64,000 bases of DNA from an uncultured delta proteobacterium (GTDB lineage Bacteria > Desulfobacterota > RBG-13-43-22): the NCBI GenBank assembly GCA_963843145.1, contig CAWJJC010000011.1, forward strand, positions 17,793 to 81,792, in the 5' to 3' direction. Each line of letters starts with the position of its first letter. The stretch's first letter is position 1. Positions 38,031 through 48,174 of the stretch are shown piece by piece. The notes beneath the pieces were generated by a model. It was given only the letters and a program-made list of their open reading frames with translations. It was not told the DNA's origin and did no database searches. Both the position numbers and the translations under genes were made by a program.

Positions 38031-39221
38031 TTATTTCCCCTTATACAACTTCCAGGCTCCCTTCTCGATCACCACCGGCACATAGCACTTGGGCCCCAGG
38101 CCGTTGTGGTTTTCAGGGGAATAATTGAAGACGCCGTTTTGACCGACAAATCCCTTAATTTTCTCCAGGTTGTCCCGAAGCTGCTCCCTGATTTTAATCA
38201 AGTCATTGGCATTGGCCGGGTCCAGTTTGGGGTCCACCTTTTTCAAGGCCTCCGCCGTCAGGTAGACCTGGTCCCAGGGATGGCCGGCATAGAGGCTGAA
38301 GGCCCCGTAGAGCTTGGTGTATTTGGAATAGAGATCCATGGCCACCTTTTTCTGGATGTCGCCCGCCGGCAGGTCCGGGGCAATCAGGGTTTTCAGGGAA
38401 GTACTGACGATCCCTTCCACGTATTTTCCGCCCAGGTCGATGAACTCCGGACCGACCACCGCATAATCGCTGACGATGGGATGGGTAAAACCCTGGTCCC
38501 GGGCGTTTTTGATCACAATGACCGTATCCGGCACGTTTCCGGTGATCAACAGGCCATCCACCCCGGCGGCCTTGAGGTGGGTGATCTGGGGGCTCATATC
38601 GGTGCTTCCCGGGGCGTATTTCTCCACCACGGCCGGGGTGATCTTCAGCTCTTTAACCGCCCAATCGAAAACTTCTTTTCCGGCCTGGCCGTAGGCGGTG
38701 TCGATGTACAGGTAGGCGATCTTTTTGGCCCCCCGCTGCAGCAGGTTTTCCAGCAGGACGGGGATGGAGGCCTCCCGCTGGCGGGGAACGACGTTGAAGA
38801 CCCATTTCTTGGTAGGGATCCAGAGTTTATCTATGGGGGTGGCGGCGATCATCGGGATTTTCGCGGATTCGACGGTTTGGAGGACAGCCATGGCAGCCCC
38901 GGAGGAGCTGTAGCCCCCGAGCAGGACGGCCTTATCCACTTCGATTAATCGCTTGGTGTGAATGACCGCTTTAGCCGGCTCGCTCTCCGTGTCATAATAA
39001 ACCACTTTCAGTTGCCTGCCGTTTACGCCGCCGGCGGCATTGATCGTATTGACGGCGATCTCCATGCCCCTTTTCCCGCCGATTCCCAGATTGGACTGCC
39101 GGCCGGTCATGTCCAGAACGCCGCCAATTACGTAGGGGGCCTTCTGGGCCTGACTGCTGCCGGGTAAAAAGAATACCGCACCTACGACCAGGGCCAGGGT
39201 GATAAAAAATACGCGTTTCAT
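38031..39221 (-). CDS. ABC transporter substrate-binding protein (LivK type)
   Basis: Signal peptide, INAAGGVNG, YDTESEP, GVFNYSPENHNG. Confidence 0.9.
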   Translation of the reverse strand: MKRVFFITLALVVGAVFFLPGSSQAQKAPYVIGGVLDMTGRQSNLGIGGKRGMEIAVNTINAAGGVNGRQLKVVYYDTESEPAKAVIHTKRLIEVDKAVLLGGYSSSGAAMAVLQTVESAKIPMIAATPIDKLWIPTKKWVFNVVPRQREASIPVLLENLLQRGAKKIAYLYIDTAYGQAGKEVFDWAVKELKITPAVVEKYAPGSTDMSPQITHLKAAGVDGLLITGNVPDTVIVIKNARDQGFTHPIVSDYAVVGPEFIDLGGKYVEGIVSTSLKTLIAPDLPAGDIQKKVAMDLYSKYTKLYGAFSLYAGHPWDQVYLTAEALKKVDPKLDPANANDLIKIREQLRDNLEKIKGFVGQNGVFNYSPENHNGLGPKCYVPVVIEKGAWKLYKGK

Positions 39222-39278
39222 CTGTTGTCCTCCTTTTAATAATGATGGTCTCTTTTTTGTTTTTGCATATAATTTCTC

Positions 39279-39360
39279 GTCATCCCCGAATGTCTTTATC
39301 GGGGATCCAGTGTTTCCTAAAAAAACCTGGATTCCCGCTCAGAAGCCCTGCGGGAATGAC
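39279..39360. repeat. palindromic intergenic repeat
   Basis: Copy of 5659-5742. Confidence 0.85.
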
Positions 39361-39430
39361 GCTCTGGGATGGTGGTACTATTTTGAGACCGTTAATATAC
39401 CTGTTTCATTATAACGTCCGGTATAGTTTC

Positions 39431-40207
39431 TCAGCCGCCCAGATAAGCGGATTGGATGATCGGACTATCGACCACCTCCCGGGCCGGGCCTTTCAGGACG
39501 ATCTCGCCCCTTTCCAGCACATAGACATAATCGGCAATCTTCAGGGCCGCTCGGGCGTTTTGCTCCACCAGTAGCAGGGAGATATCCCCCTGACGGGCTA
39601 TTTTTTTCAGGACGCGCATCACTTCCGCCACCAGCAGGGGCGAAAGCCCCAGCGAGGGTTCGTCCAGGGCCAGCAGTTTCGGCATGGCCATCAGCGCCCT
39701 GCCGATGGCCAGCATCTGTTGTTGCCCGCCGGACATGGTCTCCGCTTTCTGTTTGACTCGTTCTTCCAGGATGGGAAAAAGGGTAAAGACCATTTTAAGG
39801 CGACCGCCCAGGGCCTCTCTTCTCTTCTCGCCGGACAGCGAGTAGGTCCCGATAAGCAGATTATCCATCACGCTCAGGGAACCGAAAAGTTCCCGCCCCT
39901 CGGGAACGCTGGCGATCCCTTGGGCAATGACCCGATGCGTCGGCAGGCCTTCGATGGGCCGGCCCTCAAAAAAAATCCTCCCTGCCCGGGGGGTCAGCAA
40001 TCCCGTGAGGGTCTTGAGTAAGGTGGTTTTCCCGGCGCCGTTGCTGCCCAGAAGGGCCACGATCTGTCCGGCCCGGACGGTTAGGGAAATCTCCTTCAGG
40101 ACCTGGGCTTCCCCGTAAAAGGTGGCAACCGCCTCCAGCCGGAGGCGAGGTGTTTCCCCGTTCCCCGGGGTTTCCGGTGCGCTTCCGTTCACCCGGGGAT
40201 CAGGCAA
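39431..40207 (-). CDS. livF: branched-chain-type ABC ATP-binding subunit
   Basis: GSNGAGKTT, MSGGQQQM, DEPSLGL; start uncertain. Confidence 0.9.
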   Translation of the reverse strand: MPDPRVNGSAPETPGNGETPRLRLEAVATFYGEAQVLKEISLTVRAGQIVALLGSNGAGKTTLLKTLTGLLTPRAGRIFFEGRPIEGLPTHRVIAQGIASVPEGRELFGSLSVMDNLLIGTYSLSGEKRREALGGRLKMVFTLFPILEERVKQKAETMSGGQQQMLAIGRALMAMPKLLALDEPSLGLSPLLVAEVMRVLKKIARQGDISLLLVEQNARAALKIADYVYVLERGEIVLKGPAREVVDSPIIQSAYLGG

Positions 40208-40991
40208 CGGCCACCTCCTCACCCAGGTAGGCCTTGATCACGGTCTCGTTCCGTCTGATTTCCTCCGGAAGTCCTTCGGCAATCAAAGAGCCCCCGTCCA
40301 GGACCAGTACTTTTTCCGACAGGGACATGACGAAGGGCATATTGTGTTCCACGAGAAAGATGGTCAACCCTTCGGAGCGGAGCCGGTAAATCAGATCGAC
40401 CAGTTTCGTGATCTCATGGGCCGCCAGACCGCCCACCGGTTCATCCAGCAAAAGAAATCGGGGCTGCATGCTCAGGGCCCGGGCCACCCCGACCAGCTTT
40501 CGTTCCCCCAGGGGCAGCTTGTCAATCGGGTCCCCGGCCTTATGCTCCAGGCCGATCAATTGCAGGTTGGCCAGGGCGGCCTCCCGTTCCTGTTTTTCCT
40601 CTCTCCGGGCCGAAGGCAGGGCTAGGCCGCAGGACACCATGCCGGCGCGGCTGCGCACGTGGCAGCCGACCATGACATTTTCCAGGACGGAGAGGCTGCC
40701 GAAGAGTTCTTCCAGTTGAAAGGTCCGGCCGATGCCCCGGGCGGCAATCTGATGAGCCGCCAGACCGGCGATATTCTCCCCCTGAAAATGGATTCGACCC
40801 TGGTCCGCCGGATACAGGCCGGTGATGACATTGATCAAGGTCGTCTTCCCGGCCCCGTTGGGTCCGATCAGGGAAGTGATCCCGCCCTGATCCAAATGGA
40901 AGGAGACTCGGTTCAAGGCCAGGATACCGCCGAAGTGCCGGCTGATTTCCTTGACCTCCAGCCAGGCTTCAGGACGGGTTGGCCCGCGCAC
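40200..40991 (-). CDS. livG: branched-chain-type ABC ATP-binding subunit
   Basis: FGGI, GPNGAGKTT, RTFQ; GTG start with AAGGAG. Confidence 0.9.
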   Translation of the reverse strand: MRGPTRPEAWLEVKEISRHFGGILALNRVSFHLDQGGITSLIGPNGAGKTTLINVITGLYPADQGRIHFQGENIAGLAAHQIAARGIGRTFQLEELFGSLSVLENVMVGCHVRSRAGMVSCGLALPSARREEKQEREAALANLQLIGLEHKAGDPIDKLPLGERKLVGVARALSMQPRFLLLDEPVGGLAAHEITKLVDLIYRLRSEGLTIFLVEHNMPFVMSLSEKVLVLDGGSLIAEGLPEEIRRNETVIKAYLGEEVAVA

Positions 40992-41961
40992 GAGAGCTCC
41001 TTCCAACCGGACCCAACCGTTCCAGCCACCCGGCCAGCCCGCCGGGCATGTAAATAAGGATGACGACGATAATGATCCCGAAAAAAAGCGCATCCACTTC
41101 GGCCGTCATGACCGGCAGCACTTTTCCTAAATAGGTATGGATCAGTTCCTGCAGCCACATGACGACCAGACTCCCGAGCAGGGGTCCGTACAGGGTTTTC
41201 CCGCCGCCGATGATGATCATGGTGATCAATTGCACCAGGAGGGGGAACCCAAAAAGCGCAGGCATGATATAACGAATCCAAAAACAGAAAAGGCTGCCCG
41301 CCAGACTGGCCAGGATAGCGGTGATAATGAACAACCGCAGTTTATAGGCCGCCACGTTGATCCCCAGGCAGCGGCTGGCCGTTTCGCTGTCATTAAAGGA
41401 GACGATGGCCCGGCCCATGCGGGAATGCATCAGATTGTTCAGAAACCAGTAGGTTCCCAGACAGAGCCCCCAGGTTAGAAAATAAAAAGACCGGTCCCCC
41501 TCCAGGGCCAGTCCCCCGATGGACAGCGCCGGAATGCCCATCAGACCGTCGTGGCCGCCGGTGAGCGATCCCAGGTTGGCGATGACGATCTCGACAATCA
41601 ACATCAGCGAGAAGGTGGCGCAGGCCAGATAATACCCCTTCAGCCTGAGCAACGGAGCCCCCAAAACAAGAGCCATCAGGGCGACGAACCCCGCGGCCAG
41701 CAGGATGGCCAGCAGGGGGGGCAACCCTTTGACCGCGGCGATGCCCGTCACGTAGGCGCCGAGTCCGAACCAGGTGGGATGGGCCAAGGAGAAGATCCCG
41801 GCCTGCTCCAGCAGCACGCCTTTCCCCAGGGCCAGGGCGCCGTAAATGGCGACAAAACACATGACCCCGATGACGTAGGACCCGGACACCGCCAGCGGCA
41901 ACAGGAAAACGGCCAGGGCAAAGACCAGGAAGGGCAGCGGGAACCGTGTCTCCGATTTCAT
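40969..41961 (-). CDS. livM: branched-chain-type ABC permease
   Basis: LRLKGYYLACAT, LTGGHDG, PGGLAG. Confidence 0.9.
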   Translation of the reverse strand: MKSETRFPLPFLVFALAVFLLPLAVSGSYVIGVMCFVAIYGALALGKGVLLEQAGIFSLAHPTWFGLGAYVTGIAAVKGLPPLLAILLAAGFVALMALVLGAPLLRLKGYYLACATFSLMLIVEIVIANLGSLTGGHDGLMGIPALSIGGLALEGDRSFYFLTWGLCLGTYWFLNNLMHSRMGRAIVSFNDSETASRCLGINVAAYKLRLFIITAILASLAGSLFCFWIRYIMPALFGFPLLVQLITMIIIGGGKTLYGPLLGSLVVMWLQELIHTYLGKVLPVMTAEVDALFFGIIIVVILIYMPGGLAGWLERLGPVGRSSRARANPS

Positions 41962-42830
41962 AGGGTCCTCCTCCGAAAGCGCCAGCGGTAGGTGCTGAGG
42001 ACCAGGAAAATCACCATCACCAGCAGGGAAAAGACATCCTTCAAGCTCGCGGAGATGAAACCGGCGCAAAATCCTTCCAGCAGCCCCAAGGCCAGGGCGG
42101 CCAGGACCGTCCCGATGATCGTCCAACCGCCCACAATAGCGGCCACCAGCCCCTTCAACCCGTTTAACAGTCCGATTTCATATCCCGTGAAGGTAATCGG
42201 GGCGGTGACAATGCCGGTGAGGGCCCCCAGGCCTCCGGCCAGTCCGAAACAGAAAAGTCGAAAACGGCTGATGTCGATGCCCATCAGTTTGGCGCCGGTC
42301 GGGTTGACGGCCGAAGCCCGGAGCGCCTTACCGAACAGGGTATAGTTAAGGAACCAGGTGAGCCCGGCGGTGACGATAACCAGAAAACCAACAACCACGA
42401 TTACCTGAGGGGTCAGCGTGGCCCCCAGCACCTGGATGGGGGTATTCCCGAACATGGGGTCGATTTTCCGGGTTTCCGAGCCCCATTGCAGCAGGATGAC
42501 CCCCTTGATGATGGAGGCCAGGGCGATGGTCAGCATCATGTAGACCATCTCCGAAGGCTGCCTCACCGGCCGGATGGCCGTTCGCTCCATGATGACGGCG
42601 ATGGCAATGGTGGCGGCCACCGCCAGCAGGGAAGACGGCAACAGTCCCAACCCCGCGCTGTGAAAGCCCCAGGTCAGCATCCCGCCCAGCATGACGAATT
42701 CACCGGTGGTGAAGTTGAGGACCTTGGTGATCAGATAGACTACGCTCCAGCAGATACCGAGTACGGCGTAAATGCTTCCGCCGGTCAGACCGGAAATGGC
42801 GTATTGGAGGATTTGGGAGAAGAGGGTCAT
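41958..42830 (-). CDS. livH: branched-chain-type ABC permease
   Basis: GLTGGSIYA, LNFTTGEF, GKALRA. Confidence 0.9.
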   Translation of the reverse strand: MTLFSQILQYAISGLTGGSIYAVLGICWSVVYLITKVLNFTTGEFVMLGGMLTWGFHSAGLGLLPSSLLAVAATIAIAVIMERTAIRPVRQPSEMVYMMLTIALASIIKGVILLQWGSETRKIDPMFGNTPIQVLGATLTPQVIVVVGFLVIVTAGLTWFLNYTLFGKALRASAVNPTGAKLMGIDISRFRLFCFGLAGGLGALTGIVTAPITFTGYEIGLLNGLKGLVAAIVGGWTIIGTVLAALALGLLEGFCAGFISASLKDVFSLLVMVIFLVLSTYRWRFRRRTL

Positions 42831-42854
42831 GGATTTTTTGTAATTAATAGACGC

Positions 42855-43164
42855 TTCGCCCTTTTGGGTGGGTACCCCCGCCTATCTGGTATGGCCGCCG
42901 GCTCTCATCGAAAGGGTTTTCCAAAGGTACTCCGGACTTCGAACCCGGGCCAAAGCAACTAATTTTATTTAAAGTAGGCCCATACTCATAGACTATGGAC
43001 GCCTGCCAAGCCAGCCCTACCTCCTTAAAAATTTGAAAGTACGGGGGCCGGGATGGAACCTAAAAAGCAAGCTGGAAAACCCTTTCGATGAGACCCGGCG
43101 GCCACAAAGGTTCGATTTCAGACTAAGCTACCCTAGCTTGTAGCTACCCACCCAAAAGGGCGAA
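42855..43164. repeat. ~310-bp nested inverted-repeat element, copy 2
   Basis: Outer IR TTCGCCCTTTTGGGTGG/CCACCCAAAAGGGCGAA; inner IR and core homologous to 32572-32885. Confidence 0.85.
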
Positions 43165-43221
43165 CAACCAATAGAATACTGTTCTAATCTACAATCTTTA
43201 TACCATTCTTTTAACTGATGA

Positions 43222-43496
43222 ATGCGGAAATTAAGACATTTCATCGAAAGAGCGGTTATTCTGTCGGACGGCCAGCGAATCAGCTTCTCCGGCCTGGATC
43301 ACGTCCCGGCCCACCAGGACTTTAGCGAACCGGGCGGGCTGCTGCCCTGGGCCGAGATGGAGCGCGTGATTATCTGGAAAAGGTCTTGCAGGCCACTCAT
43401 TGGAAAGTCAGCGGGGGAAATGGGGCCGCCGCCGTCCTCGGCTTGAAGCCGACCACGCTGTTTTTTCGGATGAAAAAACTCGGTTTGCACAAATAG
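43222..43496 (+). pseudogene. sigma54-dependent (FhlA/Fis-HTH) regulator C-terminal fragment
   Basis: RKLRHFIERAVILS...EMER, then after a frameshift WKVSGGNGAAAVLGLKPTTLFFRMKKLG. Confidence 0.8.
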
Positions 43497-43570
43497 ACAA
43501 ATTAGAGAGAGGCCGGGCCGTCTCTGAACCCTGCCGCTGGCGAAAGGAAAGCCCCTCTTAATAATCCGCA

Positions 43571-44197
43571 TCATCCTATCCACTCTTTACAGAGGTTGAC
43601 CGCGGCGATGGCGTCGCGACCGTAGGCGTCGGCTTTTACATAGTGCCGGATCTCTTCGTCGATCTGCCCGCCGCCGATCATGATCTTTACCTTCTTCCTT
43701 AACCCCGCCGCCTCGAGGGCCTCGATGGTCTGCTTCATGGAATCGAAGGCCAAGGTCAGGAAGGCGCTCAAGCCCACCACCTGGGGCTGAAACTCTCGGG
43801 TCTTCTCGACCACTGTTTCAATCGGCACATCGATCCCCAGGTCGAGCACTTCGTAGCCGCTCACCTCCAGCATGAAGGTGACGATGTCCTTGCCGATATC
43901 GTGGATGTCCCCCTCGACGGTAGCAATAATCACCCGGCCTTTTTTGGGACCTTCCTCGCCCTGGGTCAGCAGCGGCTTGACTATTCCCGAGATGGCCGTC
44001 AGGATCTCGCCGGCCATGACCAGGTCCGGGATGAAGTACTCGTAGGTTTCAAACCGTTTTCCCACGATCTCCATGGCCGCCCGGGCGGCGGCCAGGATCT
44101 CCAGGGGATCCGTTTTCGCGGCTACCAGTTCCTTGACGCGTCCCAGGGTTTCCTCTTCCTTCAGGTCGGCCATCAGGTCTATCATTTTTTGGTCCAT
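43571..44197 (-). CDS. corrinoid (cobalamin-binding) protein
   Basis: AMEIVGKRFE...YFIPDL, GDIHDIGK, DLGIDVP, GLSA, MIGG. Confidence 0.95.
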   Translation of the reverse strand: MDQKMIDLMADLKEEETLGRVKELVAAKTDPLEILAAARAAMEIVGKRFETYEYFIPDLVMAGEILTAISGIVKPLLTQGEEGPKKGRVIIATVEGDIHDIGKDIVTFMLEVSGYEVLDLGIDVPIETVVEKTREFQPQVVGLSAFLTLAFDSMKQTIEALEAAGLRKKVKIMIGGGQIDEEIRHYVKADAYGRDAIAAVNLCKEWIG

Positions 44198-44257
44198 GCC
44201 TTGCCTCCATCTCGTTAATCCGTTACCGGACGGGTAATCGTTTCGTAAAAAATAACC

Positions 44258-44289
44258 GGTGGATCCGCTTCGCTTGATCCGCCCTACGT
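44258..44289. repeat. GTAG-family REP-like palindrome
   Basis: GGTGGATCCGCTTCGCTTGATCCGCCCTAC. Confidence 0.6.
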
Positions 44290-44322
44290 CTGCGCAATTA
44301 AATAGTAAGTCCGGACGGCCCG

Positions 44323-45663
44323 TTAACTCCGATACACTCCGTATTCTTTGCTGAAATCAACCATGGCGTGGAGGGTGTCCGCCCGTCCTTCATCCATGGC
44401 GGTCCCCAAAGACATAATATAGCCGCCGCCCTTCCCGGCGGTATCGATCAGGTTCCGGCAGTAGTCCTTCACCTTTTCCGGGGTTCCCACCAGGATCAGC
44501 CCGGACGGTACGTTGCCGCCAATACAGAGGCGGTCCCCCAGAACTTCCTTGGCCCGAGACATGTCCGTCCGGTCGAAGATCCACAGGCAGGAACCTTTGG
44601 GGAGTTCCTTCAGGTATTCCAACCGGGTGTTATACGATCCTTCACAGAATAAAAAGGGCACACAGCCTTCCTCGGCTAGACCGAGTATCACCGCTTTCAG
44701 GGAAGGCCAGTAGAATTTCTTGAATTGGGCATCGGACATGAATCCGTCGGCCCCTTTATGCAGCGGCATAAACACGACGGGATTCTTGTTCATGGTGGCC
44801 GCGTTCAACCCCTGTTTAATGGCCAGGGGGGTAAGCCGCTCGACGGCCTTTAGAACCATCTCGGGCTGCCGGTACAAGTCCAACATGATCCCCTTGGTGC
44901 CCCGGAGGGTATCGGAAAGGATATCATAGGGGGCTTTAGAGGCCCCGCCGAAACAACTGGGAACCCCCAGACCCCGGGCCGCCATTTCAAAACCCATCAT
45001 TTTCTCGATCCAGGCCATGGCTAGGTTCCCGGCCTCAATGAGGGCCTTCAGTGCCCCCTGGACCGGGGGAATGCCGAAGGGGATCATCTGCAAGGAGACC
45101 AGGACGATTTCCCACAAATCCGGGAAAGGAGACAGGTGCGATAGAGGTTCCAACGCTCCAAAGACCCGGGGCATCCAGGTTCTCAACCAAAAATCCGAAG
45201 GGTCGTCGATCAGGGCCGGATAATCATCCGCCGTCATGTAATTCCCCTCCACGTATTGATAGCCGGATTCCTTGCTGAGCCCGTGACCGGGCCACTTATA
45301 TTGCTTGAGGGCCAGGGTTTCATAAATCTTGCCGGAACCGATCAAGGCCGGAGTCACGTAATAATCGGGCCGAAAGTCCTTAACAAACTGAAGGCAGGTC
45401 GCCGCCAGTTTGTCCGGATCGTACATGGCTTCATAGGGGGTCACGCCGTACAGGTGGGTCGGCATGAATGTACCCAGCAACAGGACCGGCACCCGGTCCG
45501 GGGTTTTTTCCCGCAGCAGGGCATCCTTAAACCGGATGACCGCCGCCTGATAGGTAGCTTCGTCCTCCGGTTTCTGGAAAGTTACGCCTTCGGCCGCCAG
45601 CCAGGTTGAAAAACGTATTTCTCTCTTTTCAGGACCCGATAGCTCCCGCCATTCCTTTTCCAT
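44323..45663 (-). CDS. uroporphyrinogen decarboxylase-family methyltransferase (O-demethylase MT1-like)
   Basis: PDRVP, KWPGHG, APYD, PLHKGADGFMS, FYWP, GGGYIM. Confidence 0.85.
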   Translation of the reverse strand: MEKEWRELSGPEKREIRFSTWLAAEGVTFQKPEDEATYQAAVIRFKDALLREKTPDRVPVLLLGTFMPTHLYGVTPYEAMYDPDKLAATCLQFVKDFRPDYYVTPALIGSGKIYETLALKQYKWPGHGLSKESGYQYVEGNYMTADDYPALIDDPSDFWLRTWMPRVFGALEPLSHLSPFPDLWEIVLVSLQMIPFGIPPVQGALKALIEAGNLAMAWIEKMMGFEMAARGLGVPSCFGGASKAPYDILSDTLRGTKGIMLDLYRQPEMVLKAVERLTPLAIKQGLNAATMNKNPVVFMPLHKGADGFMSDAQFKKFYWPSLKAVILGLAEEGCVPFLFCEGSYNTRLEYLKELPKGSCLWIFDRTDMSRAKEVLGDRLCIGGNVPSGLILVGTPEKVKDYCRNLIDTAGKGGGYIMSLGTAMDEGRADTLHAMVDFSKEYGVYRS

Positions 45664-45792
45664 AAATTATGCCCTCCTGTTCCGTTTTAGCCCGCGCTGC
45701 CGGGTACAGCTTCCGCAAGCCTCGGGCCTGATTTATTATTGATCCAACCGGTCCTCAGGTCTGAATTAATCCTCCTTTAGCTTGGCCAGGGG

Positions 45793-47292
45793 TTATCCGG
45801 TCTGGGCCCGCCTTTTGAGCTCCCTTTTCAGGAGCTTGCCGGCCGGGCTTTTGGGCAACTCGGCCACAGCCACAAATTCTTTGGGCACCTTAAAGGGTGA
45901 TAAGCGGGTTTTCAGGAAAGACTTCAAGGCCTCGGCCTCAATGGTGTCTCCGGGCTTGGGAACGATAAAGGCGGTCACCCGCTCCCCCCACTCCGGATCC
46001 GGCAGGCCGATGACGGCGCATTCCTCCACCGACGGATGCTGGTAGAGCACTTCTTCCACCTCCCGGGGATAGACGTTTTCCCCCCCGGTAATGACCATAT
46101 CCTTCAGCCGGTCAACGAGGAAAAGGTAGCCCTCTTCGTTGAAGACCCCGACATCTCCGGACCGCAGCCAGTCTCCCTCCCAGAAGGCCGCTCGGGTCCC
46201 TTCCGGATTATGGAGATACCCTTTCATGACGTTACGCCCCCGGACGCAGATTTCCCCTTCCTGCCCGGTTTCCAGCCGGTTTCCGGCTGTGTCCCGGATC
46301 TGGACCTCCACGCCGGGGACCAGGGTCCCCACCGATCCCACCACGTGCCGCTCCGGATAATAGTGATTGTACGTTACCGGCATGCCTTCGGTCATGCCGT
46401 ACGACTCCGCAATCATAATACCGGTCCGCTCTTTCCATTGTTTGACAATTTCGCTGGCCATGGAGGCGGCGGCGGAAAAACAATAGCGCAGCTTTCCCAA
46501 TTTCTTTTCCAGGTCCGGGAGGCTCAGCAGCCGGATATAGACCGTGGGTACGGCAAAAAACTTGGTCACCCGGCCGGTGGAGAGGGCCTCCACAATTCGA
46601 TCCAGGTCGAAGCCGGACAGGATTTCCAGACAGCCGCAGCTCAGGATGGTGGCGTTCAGGATGTGGATCTGGCCGAAGACGTGGTTGAAGGGCATGAAGC
46701 AGAGGGCCTGGTCCGTTTCGGTGGAGCGCTCGCAATTCACCGTCAGGTGGCTGGAGAAATCTATTCCTTCATGGGTCAGCATGACTCCCTTAGGAGTTCC
46801 GGTAGTACCGCCGGTATAAAGAACGGCCGCCGTATCGGCCCGATCCCGATCGACCGCCCGGAAAATACCCGATCCTTGGTCGAGGAGGTCTCCCAGGTTC
46901 AGGTCCCCCCCGGGGCAGATGATCTTTTCCAGCGCGCCGCCCGCTTTCAACCGATCCAGATCGGAAAGCTTATTTTCCTGGGTGAAGACCAAACGAGGCC
47001 GGGCGTGGTTGACCAGCAGGGCCAGCTCATCCCCGCGCAGCAGCGAGGAAAGGGTGACGGCCACGGCCCCGGTCTTGAGTACGCCGAAATAGAAGGTAAT
47101 CCAATCCATCGAATTGGGGGCGCATAAGCCGACCAATTCCCCCGGTTGGAGGCCCTTCCCGATAAGGGCCGTGGCCACCCGGTTGGCCCGGTCGTTCAAT
47201 TGCGCATAATTGATTTGCACGCCCCCTTCCCGCAGGGCCGCACGGTCCGGAAAGTAAAAAGCCGCGTTTTCCAGGTTTCTGGCCAGGTTCAT
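45793..47292 (-). CDS. acyl-CoA synthetase (AMP-forming)
   Basis: YTGGTTGTPKG, YGMTE, RSGD, PKSPAGK. Confidence 0.94.
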   Translation of the reverse strand: MNLARNLENAAFYFPDRAALREGGVQINYAQLNDRANRVATALIGKGLQPGELVGLCAPNSMDWITFYFGVLKTGAVAVTLSSLLRGDELALLVNHARPRLVFTQENKLSDLDRLKAGGALEKIICPGGDLNLGDLLDQGSGIFRAVDRDRADTAAVLYTGGTTGTPKGVMLTHEGIDFSSHLTVNCERSTETDQALCFMPFNHVFGQIHILNATILSCGCLEILSGFDLDRIVEALSTGRVTKFFAVPTVYIRLLSLPDLEKKLGKLRYCFSAAASMASEIVKQWKERTGIMIAESYGMTEGMPVTYNHYYPERHVVGSVGTLVPGVEVQIRDTAGNRLETGQEGEICVRGRNVMKGYLHNPEGTRAAFWEGDWLRSGDVGVFNEEGYLFLVDRLKDMVITGGENVYPREVEEVLYQHPSVEECAVIGLPDPEWGERVTAFIVPKPGDTIEAEALKSFLKTRLSPFKVPKEFVAVAELPKSPAGKLLKRELKRRAQTG

Positions 47293-47302
47293 GATCTTTC
47301 TC

Positions 47303-48056
47303 TCAACCACCTTCCTTCTTGATTTCCTTGATACCCAACGAATCAATCAATTGCCGGACGAATTCATCGCCGTCCGGTTGATAGGCCGGAAGCGCCCAGG
47401 GCATCTCCCTAAATTTTGAGCAGGGACGGCAGCAAATCAAAGGGGATGGAGACCAATTGCCGGTCTTCCGGAAACAGCTTCCGGCGCTTCATCCCGTGGC
47501 CCAAACCCGTCAGGGTGTAATTTAATTCCCCGGTCAAATAAGGATAGACATAAATCCAGGCGCAGCCGATGGCCGCTGAATATTTACTTGACCACATTTT
47601 ACCCGTTCGATAGCTCATGGCCCGCAGCAGAATTTCCGTTTGGCTGGTTCGGGCTAAGACGATCAGAACATCCGGATCGAAAGGGAGGTCGGCAATCGGG
47701 GAAAAGGCGGTATAGCGCACCACGCCTTTGGCGATCCGGGGGATATAATGATACAATCGCCCAGCCGCCCGGGGCTCCTCGAAGATTTTCAACCCGGCGC
47801 CGAATTCTCCGCTGATAAAAGGGCCCGGGGCTTCCGCCTGCCCCAAGACGTATAAACCGGCCTCACAGGTGTGGCTTTGGGCATCCGCAAAAAAAGTCTT
47901 GCCTTCCTGGGCGCGTTTGAGCATTTCGCAGAAAGCCAGGTTTTCATCCAACCGCTCGATTCGCTCCGGAGCCCGGGCCAGAAATTTAACCCCTACGGGC
48001 GGCACCTCGAAACCGAACTTATCCAGAATAGACAAATCGATCTTAGTTTGTTTCAT
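47303..48056 (-). CDS. DUF169 domain protein; apparent frameshift near the C-terminus (in-frame TAG at 47409)
   Basis: PVGVKF, FCEM, HTCEAG, AIGC; reading continues REMPWALPAY... in the shifted frame to TGA at 47303. Confidence 0.75.
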
Positions 48057-48174
48057 CTCAACCTCCTACATTCCAGGAAAGTGACCCGGACTTCACCCGA
48101 ACCGATCGGTTCTCCTCAAGGCGGCCGATTGAAGTTATTTCGGGGTTAGTATTTGTCTGTACAACCCCCCGACC

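Noticed and set aside
36022-45663. Calling the URO-D-family genes hemE
   Set aside because: They are longer than HemE and flanked by corrinoid and pterin methyltransferase genes rather than haem genes
47409-47411. Pyrrolysine read-through of the DUF169 TAG
   Set aside because: The plausible continuation is in a different frame, so it is a frameshift rather than read-through
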